Positions 1 to 8,075 of a stretch of 40,215 bases of DNA are shown piece after piece (positions within the stretch are counted from its first letter, which is position 1; every line of letters begins with the position of its first letter). This DNA is from a virus (taxonomy: Duplodnaviria; Caudoviricetes). The stretch covers positions 1-40,215 of IMG/VR virus record IMGVR_UViG_3300012231_000022. One strand, written 5' to 3'. The notes beneath the pieces were generated by a model. That model made no database searches. It was given only the letters and a program-made list of their open reading frames with translations, and was not told the origin of the DNA. Made by a program: the position numbers and the translations under genes.

Positions 1-123
1 CGGCTACGACGTCGCCCGGATCGCCGAGCGCGTCGGCAAGTCCGTCAAGTACGTCTACGACCGCATGAAGCTGCTGTCCCTCACGAAGCCGGCCCAGTCG
101 CTCTTCTTCGACGACAAGATCAC
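1..123 (+). repeat. Terminal direct repeat copy 1 (circularisation overlap)
   Basis: cggctacgac...gacaagatcac is identical to 40093-40215. Confidence 0.97.
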
Positions 124-129
124 CGCGCG

Positions 130-1170
130 GGGCACGCGATCCTCCTCGCGCGGCTGAAGCCGGCGGACCAGGCGCGCGCCATCGGCTCGAAGGATCCCGG
201 CATCGACGGGCGGGCCGGGGGCGGCCTCTTCGAGACCGAGCATCTCCTGTGGGACCACGAGACGGATGACGGCACAGCACCCGATCCGGTGAAGGTCAGG
301 AGCGTGCGCGAGCTGCAGGCGTGGATCGACGAGCATGTGAAGTTCGACGCCGCGGCCGCGGACCCGATGCTCTTCCCCGAGACCGTCGGCGCCATCACGG
401 CGGCGAAGGAGGAGGCGGAGAAGGTCGTCTCGATCACGCACGACTACGTGATCCCTGCCGACGCGCGCGACGGGCAGCGTGTCCTCAGCGAGCGGTCGTG
501 GAAGCGCGCCGACGGCACGGGGAAGCACAAGCGCTGCGAGCACGCGGTGACCGGCGTGATCGTGATCGGGCTCGGCCGGGGCGAGGCCTTCAAGGTCTGT
601 ATCGCCAAGGAGAAGGGCTCGACACACTGGGGCGCCGAGCAGAAGGAGCGGAAGGCGCGCGCCTCCGGCGCCGCGAAGCAAGGGAAGAGCGGGGAGCAGC
701 GCTGGGAGATCGAGCAGCGCAAGCAACGGGAGCAGCGCTGGGAGATCGAGCAGCGCAAGCAACGGGAGCAGCACGCCCGCGATGAGGCCGAGCGGGACCG
801 ATGGAAGACCGCGGCGCCGGCGATCCTCGAGGCGATCGCGGAGAAGGTGAAGAGGGCGCCGACGAAGGCCACGGGCCTCCTCGCCCAGATCATCCTCGGG
901 CAGCTCCGCGACCCGTGGAGCATGCCGAAGGGCGCCGCCGCCAGCGTCCTGGTGCCGCTCGGGATCTCCGCGGAGGACCTGGTGCGCCATGCCGCGTTCA
1001 AGGTGCTCCGGGGCGAGTGCTACGAATACCAGGCGCCGCGCGACTTCCCCAAGCGCGCCAAGGCGTTCGGCGTCGACGCCAAGGCGATCGTCGCCAAGGT
1101 CGCCCCCGTGCCGACGGCTGCGGCGGCCGACACGGCGCCGGCGCCGAAGAAGAAGGCCACGAAGAAGTGA
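130..1170 (+). CDS. parB: C-terminal part of ParB-family protein (continues from 39737 across the junction, apparent 2-nt frameshift at 128-129)
   Basis: Frame from 130 reads GHAILLARLKPADQARAI...SVRELQAWI, the expected ParB continuation after ...FFDDKITA; ends in a Lys-rich tail. Confidence 0.75.
   Translation, partial: GHAILLARLKPADQARAIGSKDPGIDGRAGGGLFETEHLLWDHETDDGTAPDPVKVRSVRELQAWIDEHVKFDAAAADPMLFPETVGAITAAKEEAEKVVSITHDYVIPADARDGQRVLSERSWKRADGTGKHKRCEHAVTGVIVIGLGRGEAFKVCIAKEKGSTHWGAEQKERKARASGAAKQGKSGEQRWEIEQRKQREQRWEIEQRKQREQHARDEAERDRWKTAAPAILEAIAEKVKRAPTKATGLLAQIILGQLRDPWSMPKGAAASVLVPLGISAEDLVRHAAFKVLRGECYEYQAPRDFPKRAKAFGVDAKAIVAKVAPVPTAAAADTAPAPKKKATKK
694..772 (+). repeat. In-frame 36-bp tandem duplication (EQRWEIEQRKQR x2)
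   Basis: 694-729 equals 730-765, plus partial third copy. Confidence 0.95.
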
Positions 1171-1409
1171 GCCCCGAGGATCGCGACCGCTGCCCGCGCA
1201 CCCGGCACGATCACGGGGCGTGCGCGATCTGCGGCGGCCCGGCGTGCCCCAACTGCGATCACTGCCCGGGCTGCCGGCAGCTACGACGGCCTATGAGCAT
1301 GTTCGGTACATTCACAAGCGGGCGCCAGCGCCGGGTATACAACAGAGTCTTTGACTCAACGCAGCGCCAGCGAGTGCCGTGCGCGAGGAGGCCGACGCAT
1401 GCCGCGTGA
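1167..1409 (+). CDS. Small Cys-rich (zinc-binding) hypothetical protein
   Basis: GTG overlaps parB stop; CAIC..CPNCDHCPGC. Confidence 0.45.
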   Translation: MSPEDRDRCPRTRHDHGACAICGGPACPNCDHCPGCRQLRRPMSMFGTFTSGRQRRVYNRVFDSTQRQRVPCARRPTHAA

Positions 1410-1569
1410 TCTCGACAGGCTGACCGACGAGCTGTTTCTCCTCACGGCGACCGAGGACCTCAACGACGACGATCTTCGCGAGGCCGCCGAGGGCCTCCTG
1501 CCCGAGCTGTACACCGCGCTCCGCCAGGCCGGCTACGGCACGGATGGCGAGGACGACCCGGACGCGTGA
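1399..1569 (+). CDS. Small acidic hypothetical protein
   Basis: GAGGAGG SD before ATG 1399; stop overlaps next start. Confidence 0.6.
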   Translation: MPRDLDRLTDELFLLTATEDLNDDDLREAAEGLLPELYTALRQAGYGTDGEDDPDA

Positions 1570-1883
1570 AGGCCCCCGGCAAGTCGACGGCCGCCACGAA
1601 GGGGCTGACGAAGAAGCCGCGGCCCGCCGGCGTGCTCTACACGATCGAGGCCGCCGCGGTGATGTTCCGGCGCCGCCCGCGCACGATCTACGACCTACTG
1701 TCCGTCCACGCCGCGCGCTTCGATGCGCCGATGTACGAGCAGGTGGCCAGCCGGCGGCTCGAGCGCGTGCTGTCCGCGGCCGATATCCGCGTCTTCCGGA
1801 CGTTGTTCCCCGTGTATGTCAAGAAAAAATTGCCCCCGGGCAAACGTTCACGCCCCACGTTTACGGACCCGCCCCGTGGCTAA
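1566..1883 (+). CDS. HTH-like DNA-binding protein, possible late regulator
   Basis: LYTIEAAAVMFRRRPRTIYDLL is MerR/Xis-like; lies just before the terminase. Confidence 0.5.
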   Translation: MKAPGKSTAATKGLTKKPRPAGVLYTIEAAAVMFRRRPRTIYDLLSVHAARFDAPMYEQVASRRLERVLSAADIRVFRTLFPVYVKKKLPPGKRSRPTFTDPPRG

Positions 1884-1908
1884 GCGACGCGCGAAAAGGG
1901 GCCGTATT

Positions 1909-2337
1909 GTGACGGCTGCCAATGCACCGCGTGTGTGGACAGGCGACGCGTTACTCGACCGAGCGCTGTTTCTGGCTGGGTTCAAACAGGAGCATCTCCG
2001 CCATGCGCTAGCCCGGGATCTCGAAGCCCTCGACGCGGTGGTGCCCGAGAAGCGGACGTGGGAGCGCAACAAGGCAGGTGAGCTGGAGCTGACGAAGCGG
2101 GAAGAAGGCGGCGCCCCGGATCACCCGGTGCGGCTGCGCGCGGCAGAGAACCTGTTCGACTGGGTGGGGTTCAAAGGCAAGCGTGAGCGCGAAGGCGGCA
2201 CAGGCAAGCCGGTCCAGGTCACGATCAACCTCACCGCTGCGCCCGAGCCTCGACCTGAGCTTCCGCGCGGGCGTCTCGCGATTCATCTCGATCAGCACGG
2301 ACCCGCCAACAGCAACGGGGGTAACGGGGCCCACTGA
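1909..2337 (+). CDS. Putative terminase small subunit (start 1909 or 1876)
   Basis: Directly upstream of TerL; PDHPVRLRAAE helix and VQVTINL C-terminal strand; AAAAGGGG SD before GTG 1909. Confidence 0.6.
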   Translation: MTAANAPRVWTGDALLDRALFLAGFKQEHLRHALARDLEALDAVVPEKRTWERNKAGELELTKREEGGAPDHPVRLRAAENLFDWVGFKGKREREGGTGKPVQVTINLTAAPEPRPELPRGRLAIHLDQHGPANSNGGNGAH

Positions 2338-3712
2338 AGTCGCCGCCTTCGGCACACGCGGCGACGGCAAGACCTGGGGCGCGTTCGGCGCGATGATCGT
2401 CCACGCGCAGCAGCATCACGCGCTCGGCGGGCATCTCCCGACGAAGTGGCTCGGCGCCGCCGACACGTTCCAGAGCCACAAGTCGAAGACCCACGAGTCG
2501 CTGACCGCGCCCGGCTGGCAGGGCACGTGGGTGCTCAAGGACGACGGCCACCTCGCCGTGTTCGTGCTCGACGGGGCCGAGCTGGTGCACCTGCGGCTCT
2601 TCGGCGTCGAGGACCAGAGCGGCATGGATCGGCTCCGCGCCGAGTGCCACGGCCTGTGGTTCGAAGAGCCGGCGCCGTCCTCGGTCCTCGTGACCTCGAG
2701 CGGCCTGTCGGAAAGCGCGTGGGGCCTCGGGCTCACGTCGCGGAGGCTGCCGAGCTATCGCGCCCCCGCGATCATGACGCTCAACTACCCGGACGAGGAC
2801 CACTGGACGTGGCGGCGCTTCGTCACCGACCAGCACCCGGGCACGGCCTACGTGCGGATTCAGCCGGGCGAGTACGCGAGCGCCGATCAGCGGGCCGAGT
2901 GGACACGCGCGCTGGCCAATCGGCCCGACATGCTGCGCCGGCTGCTTCAGGGCGAGCCCGGCGCGATCATGCTCGGCCAGGCCGTGGCCCGCGGCTGGAG
3001 CGGGGCGCACCACCTGGCCGAGAAGGCCTACGCGCCCGTGGAGTACGCCCCGCTGTGGGTCGGCTGGGACGCCGGCCACACGCCCTCGACGATCCTCGGG
3101 CAGCGCGTGGAGGGCCGGGTGCGCGTCTACGCGGCGCTCTGCACGCAGGACGCGGGCACGCGCCAGCACATCGAGGCGCAGGTGCGCCCGTGGCTGCAGG
3201 CGCACGCCCCGTGGGCCCTCACCCGGGCCGGCGACCCGAAGCTCTTCCACGCTTACGACCCGAGCATGAACACCGGCGACCAATCGGACACCGACGCCAG
3301 TCCGATCCGGGTGATTCAGCAGCTCCTCGGCGGGGTGCTGCGCGCTGGGGCTGTCACGTGGGAGGGTCGCCGCGATCCCATGCTCGCGCTCTTCAACCAG
3401 GCCGTCGGTGGGCACTGGGCGCTCCAGGTCAACCCGGGCAAGGACACGGAGCTGCTGCGCCGCGCCTGGGACGGCCGCTGGCACTACGCGACGAAGGTCA
3501 CGGGCGAGCTGCGATCGATCCAGCCGGCCAAGCCCAATCCGCCGTGGGCGGACATCGGGGACGCGTCCTGCTACTTCATCGGCGGGGTCGCCCCGCAGCG
3601 CGTGCTGCCCAAGGGCCCGCGGCAGACGCACGCGGTCACGGGCGCGAACCCGTGGGACACGGGGCGCCCTGCAGCGCCGCAGTACGCCACGAGCTCGACG
3701 CGGTGGGGCTGA
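2183..3712 (+). CDS. terL: Terminase large subunit (start uncertain)
   Basis: Walker A GTRGDGKT, Walker B LWFEE, motif III TLN, RNase H-like nuclease GWDAG...YDPS...DIGDASCY. Confidence 0.85.
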   Translation: MSAKAAQASRSRSRSTSPLRPSLDLSFRAGVSRFISISTDPPTATGVTGPTEVAAFGTRGDGKTWGAFGAMIVHAQQHHALGGHLPTKWLGAADTFQSHKSKTHESLTAPGWQGTWVLKDDGHLAVFVLDGAELVHLRLFGVEDQSGMDRLRAECHGLWFEEPAPSSVLVTSSGLSESAWGLGLTSRRLPSYRAPAIMTLNYPDEDHWTWRRFVTDQHPGTAYVRIQPGEYASADQRAEWTRALANRPDMLRRLLQGEPGAIMLGQAVARGWSGAHHLAEKAYAPVEYAPLWVGWDAGHTPSTILGQRVEGRVRVYAALCTQDAGTRQHIEAQVRPWLQAHAPWALTRAGDPKLFHAYDPSMNTGDQSDTDASPIRVIQQLLGGVLRAGAVTWEGRRDPMLALFNQAVGGHWALQVNPGKDTELLRRAWDGRWHYATKVTGELRSIQPAKPNPPWADIGDASCYFIGGVAPQRVLPKGPRQTHAVTGANPWDTGRPAAPQYATSSTRWG

Positions 3713-4062
3713 TGGACTACCTCACGACGCACCACCCGACGGCCAAGGACAAGTGGGCGAACCTGCAATGGCGCCCCGGGTCGGGCCTGCTCGACGAGGA
3801 CGACGACGAGGGGCCGAGCCTGGTCCACCTCGCGCACGCGGTCGGCCTGCACACCCCGGTGCCCGGACCGGAGGTGGACACGCCGACGGCCACGGCCGCG
3901 CCGGAGATCCCCGCGTACGACACGATGGAGCAGGCCGTCCAGGCCGCGCTCAACATCGGCGATGGGGACGGGCCGGGTCCGGGACCGGGCGGGCCGGGGA
4001 TCAGCGACGGCGGGGCGGGCGCAACGGGCATCGGCGGGGACGCGGGCGCGGGCCCCTGGTAA
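3712..4062 (+). CDS. Hypothetical protein with acidic patch and Gly/Pro/Asp-rich C-terminus
   Basis: TGATG coupling to terL and TAATG coupling to next gene. Confidence 0.6.
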   Translation: MDYLTTHHPTAKDKWANLQWRPGSGLLDEDDDEGPSLVHLAHAVGLHTPVPGPEVDTPTATAAPEIPAYDTMEQAVQAALNIGDGDGPGPGPGGPGISDGGAGATGIGGDAGAGPW

Positions 4063-4229
4063 TGGCCCGGTGCGCGCACTACGCGTTCTGCAAGACGCCC
4101 GGCGGCGGGATGGAGCGCATCGGCTTCGACACGCAGGGCAAGGCGACGCACCGCACGCCGGTGAAGGCCGACAAGCCGAAGCCCGCGGCGAGCCGCAAGA
4201 GCGCGCTCACGGGGAAGGGGGGTCGGTGA
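4062..4229 (+). CDS. Small basic hypothetical protein
   Basis: Coupled start and stop on both sides. Confidence 0.55.
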   Translation: MARCAHYAFCKTPGGGMERIGFDTQGKATHRTPVKADKPKPAASRKSALTGKGGR

Positions 4230-4303
4230 CCTACCAGATCTTCGGGGCCGTCTTCATCGCGCTCATCGTCGCCGCCGTCGTCACGATCTGGTGGGAGCGA
4301 TGA
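4226..4303 (+). CDS. 25-aa single-TM membrane peptide
   Basis: TYQIFGAVFIALIVAAVVTIWWER; coupled on both sides. Confidence 0.5.
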   Translation: MTYQIFGAVFIALIVAAVVTIWWER

Positions 4304-4638
4304 GCACGCCCCCCGTCCGCGTCGCCGACCGCCTGGTGCTCACGCTCGCCCTCGATGGGCGCGACGTCGGCCTGCTGGTGGCCTTCCCGTGGGCCGGCGG
4401 GTTCTTCCTCGAGCACGTCGTCGTCTTCCCGGACGCGCCGGCGACGACGCTCCTCGCCCTGCTCCAGGCCGGCCTCGACGAGGCCAACCGGCGCGAGGCG
4501 AAGCACATCGGCATCTTCCAGCCGACGCAGGGCATGGACTCGCGGCTGCGCACCGTGGCGCAGGCGTTCGGCTTCGAGCCCTACCACGTCGCCGAGGATG
4601 GCGTGTTCCTCGTGAAGCGCGCGGAGGAGGCCGCCTGA
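4300..4638 (+). CDS. GNAT-fold-like protein 1
   Basis: DGRDVG..FLEHVVVFP..LRTVAQAFGF pattern; resembles 16495-16830. Confidence 0.45.
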   Translation: MSTPPVRVADRLVLTLALDGRDVGLLVAFPWAGGFFLEHVVVFPDAPATTLLALLQAGLDEANRREAKHIGIFQPTQGMDSRLRTVAQAFGFEPYHVAEDGVFLVKRAEEAA

Positions 4639-4850
4639 TGGGCTCGTCGCGGAACGCGCCCGATCTGCCCCCCGAGCCGCCCGCGAAGGACGATCCGGTG
4701 GCGCAGGAGAAGGCCGGCAAGATGCGGGCGCAGCTCAAGGCGCGCAAGGGCCGCGAGAGCACGATCCTGACCCGCGGCGTGCTCACGGGCGGGAATGCCG
4801 ACGAGGCCAGCACGTCCACGCTGCTCGGGGGAGGCACTGATGCCCGCTGA
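4638..4850 (+). CDS. Small pre-portal virion protein (T7 gp7.3-like position)
   Basis: MGSS..Pro-rich..RKGRESTILT..TLLG pattern typical of pre-portal podovirus proteins. Confidence 0.6.
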   Translation: MGSSRNAPDLPPEPPAKDDPVAQEKAGKMRAQLKARKGRESTILTRGVLTGGNADEASTSTLLGGGTDAR

Positions 4851-6507
4851 TCCCGGCCAGCTCTGCAAGCGCTACTACCGTCTGGTGTCGGACCAGGCGA
4901 ATTTCCGTCAGACGTGGCAGGACCTGGCCGAGTTCTTCACGCCGTACAAGGCCAACATCACGGTCACCACCGCGCCCGGCACGCGCAAGACATCGCGCCT
5001 GTTCGATTCAGAAGGCGTGACGGCGGCGCGCACGCTCAGCTCGAACATCCTCGGCGCCGTCGCCAACCAGGCGCAGGAATGGTTTTCGATCCGCGTCCGC
5101 GACGACGCGCTCAACGCAGTGAAGCCCGTGCGGGACTGGTGCGAGGACGTCGCCAAGCGGACGCTCGCCGCCCTCGTCGCCTCCAACTTCTACACGGAGC
5201 TGTCCGAGGTGATCGGCGATCTGCCCGTCTTCGGCATCGGCGGGCTCTTCATCGATGAGAAGGACCCGGTGGGCCCGAACCGCTTCGGTGGCCTGCACTA
5301 CGTGGCCCAGACCATCGGGCACTATGTGTGCGCCGAGAACGCCGACGGCCGCGTCGACACCGTCTTCCGGGACTTCACGTGGCCGGCGCGCGAGGTGTTC
5401 GCGCAGTGGCCCGACACGTGCTCGCCCCGCGTGCGCGATGCCGCCAAGGAGCCGACCAAGCAAGACGAGCCGGTCAAGCTGCTGCACGCCGTCTACCCGC
5501 GCAATGTCTACGCGGTGGGCTCGCGCGCGGCGACGCACAAGGCGTTCGCGAGCTGCTACCTCGAGCACGACGCGAAGACGCTGCTGGGCGAGGGCGGCTT
5601 TGACGACAACCCGTATGCCGTGGGGCGGTGGGAGAAGGACAGCCAGAGCGCCTGCGGCTGGGGCCCGGGCAGCATCGCCTATCCCGATGTCCGGACGCTC
5701 AACCGCTACGTCGAGCTCGACCTCCAGGCGCGCGGCAAGGCCGTCGACCCGTCCCTGATCCAGCGCGCGGACGGCATCCTCGGCTCGCTCTCGCTCGAGC
5801 CCGCGGCCATCAACATCACGACCGACGAGGACCCGTCCAAGACCGTCTTCGCGCTCGAGAGCAAGGCGCGCTTCGACGTCAACAGCGACGGCATCGAGCG
5901 GCTCGAGCGCAAGATCAGCAAGGTCTTCTTCGGGCCGCTCCTGCGCGAAGTCACCAAGGACATGACGCTCGGCGAGGCGCTGATGGTGCAGGACGAGACC
6001 ATGCGCCTGATGGGCCCCGCGGCGGGCCGCATGCAGACGGAGATCCTCGGCCGCGCCATCGAGCGGAGCATCGGCGTGCTGTCCCGGGCCCGGCAGCTCC
6101 CGCCCCCGCCCCCCGAGCTGCTGGAGGCCGGGTTTGATGCCGAGCTGGACATCGTCTACCAGGGGCCGCTGGCGCGCGCCCAGAAGTCGCGCGACCTGGT
6201 GGCGATCGAGCGCAAGAACGCCTGGGTGGCGCAGGTGGCGCCGTTCAAGCCCGAAGTCGTCGACGTCTACGATTGGGACGCGGAGGCGCGGCATATCGGC
6301 GAGGTGACCGGCTACCCCTCCGACCTCGTGCGCGGAGAGGACGCGGTGGCCGAGATCCGCGCCAACCGGGCGAAGGCGCAGGCCGCGGCCACGAAGCTCC
6401 AGGTGATCGGCGGGGCGGCCGAGGCCGCGGGGAAGGCCGCGCCGATGGTGAAGGCCCTCAGCGATGCGAACGCGCAGCAACAGCCCCAGGGAGCCGCCGC
6501 GGCATGA
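4840..6507 (+). CDS. Portal (head-tail connector) protein
   Basis: 555 aa; WQDLAEF..LFDSEG..WF..SNFY..FGIG..GWGPG..YQGPLARAQ motifs of the BPP-1/T7-type connector; GGAGG SD. Confidence 0.9.
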   Translation: MPADPGQLCKRYYRLVSDQANFRQTWQDLAEFFTPYKANITVTTAPGTRKTSRLFDSEGVTAARTLSSNILGAVANQAQEWFSIRVRDDALNAVKPVRDWCEDVAKRTLAALVASNFYTELSEVIGDLPVFGIGGLFIDEKDPVGPNRFGGLHYVAQTIGHYVCAENADGRVDTVFRDFTWPAREVFAQWPDTCSPRVRDAAKEPTKQDEPVKLLHAVYPRNVYAVGSRAATHKAFASCYLEHDAKTLLGEGGFDDNPYAVGRWEKDSQSACGWGPGSIAYPDVRTLNRYVELDLQARGKAVDPSLIQRADGILGSLSLEPAAINITTDEDPSKTVFALESKARFDVNSDGIERLERKISKVFFGPLLREVTKDMTLGEALMVQDETMRLMGPAAGRMQTEILGRAIERSIGVLSRARQLPPPPPELLEAGFDAELDIVYQGPLARAQKSRDLVAIERKNAWVAQVAPFKPEVVDVYDWDAEARHIGEVTGYPSDLVRGEDAVAEIRANRAKAQAAATKLQVIGGAAEAAGKAAPMVKALSDANAQQQPQGAAAA

Positions 6508-6812
6508 GCGACGAGCACCTCACCGCCGAGCAGGCGCAGGCCGCGCGGAAGGCGCTGCTCGACGACTACGTTCTGACCTTCACGTCGCCCCACGGGGCAC
6601 GTGTGCTCGAAGACCTACGGGCCAGCGCGTTCGTCTACCGGAGCACGGCCGTGACCGATCACAACGGCCGCGTGGACCCGGCGGGCGTCGTGTTCCGCGA
6701 GGGCGCGCGCGGCGTCGTGCTCGCGATCGAGACGAATCTCAGGAAGGCCAAGCAAGGGCGCCCGGAACTTCAAACCCATGCGGTGTCGAGCACCGCGGAA
6801 CAGGACACGTGA
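6504..6812 (+). CDS. Bbp19-like conserved post-portal protein
   Basis: DYVLTFTSPHGARVLEDL...FREGARGVVLAI motif and synteny. Confidence 0.7.
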   Translation: MSDEHLTAEQAQAARKALLDDYVLTFTSPHGARVLEDLRASAFVYRSTAVTDHNGRVDPAGVVFREGARGVVLAIETNLRKAKQGRPELQTHAVSSTAEQDT

Positions 6813-7012
6813 TGAACGAGCACATTCTCCAGTTCTTCGCCTTCGCGCATCTGCCGGCGCCCATGGCCGACGTGTCCCGGCCGTTCTGTGAACTCGCGCA
6901 GCAAGTCGTCGACACGCTGCCGCGCAACCCGGAGAGGACGGTAGCGCTCCGCAAGCTGCTCGAGGCGAAGGACGCCGCGGTGCGCGCGCTCATCGCCAAG
7001 GACACGCCGTGA
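6812..7012 (+). CDS. 66-aa helical-hairpin protein, candidate Acb2/Tad1-like nucleotide sponge
   Basis: ILQFFAFAHLP...LPRNPERTVALRKLLEAKDAAVRA; coupled start and stop. Confidence 0.55.
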   Translation: MNEHILQFFAFAHLPAPMADVSRPFCELAQQVVDTLPRNPERTVALRKLLEAKDAAVRALIAKDTP

Positions 7013-7209
7013 TGGCTGACGACAACGGCGGCAAGCCGAAGGTTACGGTGAACCCGGGCTTTCGCGCCCTCATGGAGCCCTTCGAGGCCATGACGCACGA
7101 CGAGCGCGAAGCGGCCGCGGTGGCCCTGCTGAGCCAGCTCGTGGGCACCGTCATGCAGGCGCTCAGCCAGGGCCACGTGGTCATTCCCGACCTGCGGAGG
7201 CCGCTGTGA
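7012..7209 (+). CDS. Hypothetical protein
   Basis: Coupled on both sides. Confidence 0.55.
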   Translation: MADDNGGKPKVTVNPGFRALMEPFEAMTHDEREAAAVALLSQLVGTVMQALSQGHVVIPDLRRPL

Positions 7210-8075
7210 GGCCCCGCTTCCGTCTCCTCCGCGCCGAGGGCGACGCGGCGGCCGCGGCCGAGGGCCAAGGGGCTGGTGCGGGCGCCGGAGCGGGTGCAGC
7301 GGCCGCCGCTGGCGCTGCAGGAGCCGCTGGCACGGTGCCCGAGTGGCGGCAGCAGATCCCCGAGGCGATCCGCGGCGAAAAGACGTGGGACAAGTTCAAG
7401 GACCCGGCCGCCTTCTACCAGAGCTATCACGCAATGGAGAAGATGCAGGGCTCCATGGTCAGCATCCCGGGCAAGGACGCCAAGCCCGAGCAGGTGGCTG
7501 CCTTCCGCGAGAAGCTCGGCGTGCCCAAGGATCCCGGCGGCTACACGCCGCCCCAGGGCGAGGGCCTCGACCAGGCGCGCTGGCAGCGCTGGACGGGCCA
7601 CGCCCACAAGCTCGGCCTGACGCCGGAGCAGCTCACCGGCCTGGCCACGCTCGAGGCCGAGGAGCGCGCGGACCAGGGGCGCACGATGCGGCAGAGCTTC
7701 ACGGCCGGCCTCGACGCGCTCAAGCAGGAGTGGGGCGAGGGCGTGTTCGCGAAGAACGTCACCCTCGCGTCGCGCGCCGTCGACCGCCACATGTCGCCCG
7801 AAGGGAAGAAGTTCCTCGACGACAGCGGCCTCGGCGATCACCCCGAGCTGGTGAAGGCGTGGGCGTCCGTCGGGGCGCTCCTCGCGGAGGACCGCTACAT
7901 CGAGGGGCGCGTCGCGGGCCTGCCCAGCGTGGATGAGGCCAAGGCCGAGATCGCGATGATCCGCGCCGCGGGCAAGGCGCACCCGGCGAACAACCCGAGC
8001 CTGCCGGGGCACCACGAGGCCGCGGCGAAGCTCGAGGGCCTGTACCGCCTCGCGCATCCCGGCAAGGCGGCGTAG
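7206..8075 (+). CDS. Capsid scaffolding/assembly protein
   Basis: Ala/Gly-rich N-terminus; EKLGVP..Y, AHKLGLTPEQ, LKQEWG, GLGDHPELVKA motifs; precedes capsid gene. Confidence 0.85.
   Translation: MRPRFRLLRAEGDAAAAAEGQGAGAGAGAGAAAAAGAAGAAGTVPEWRQQIPEAIRGEKTWDKFKDPAAFYQSYHAMEKMQGSMVSIPGKDAKPEQVAAFREKLGVPKDPGGYTPPQGEGLDQARWQRWTGHAHKLGLTPEQLTGLATLEAEERADQGRTMRQSFTAGLDALKQEWGEGVFAKNVTLASRAVDRHMSPEGKKFLDDSGLGDHPELVKAWASVGALLAEDRYIEGRVAGLPSVDEAKAEIAMIRAAGKAHPANNPSLPGHHEAAAKLEGLYRLAHPGKAA

Noticed and set aside
1-123. Biological T7-like terminal repeats
   Set aside because: The repeat falls mid-gene in parB and is best explained as an assembly overlap
3712-4062. Gly-rich C-terminus as a RiPP precursor
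   Set aside because: No radical SAM, YcaO, lasso cyclase or transporter genes nearby
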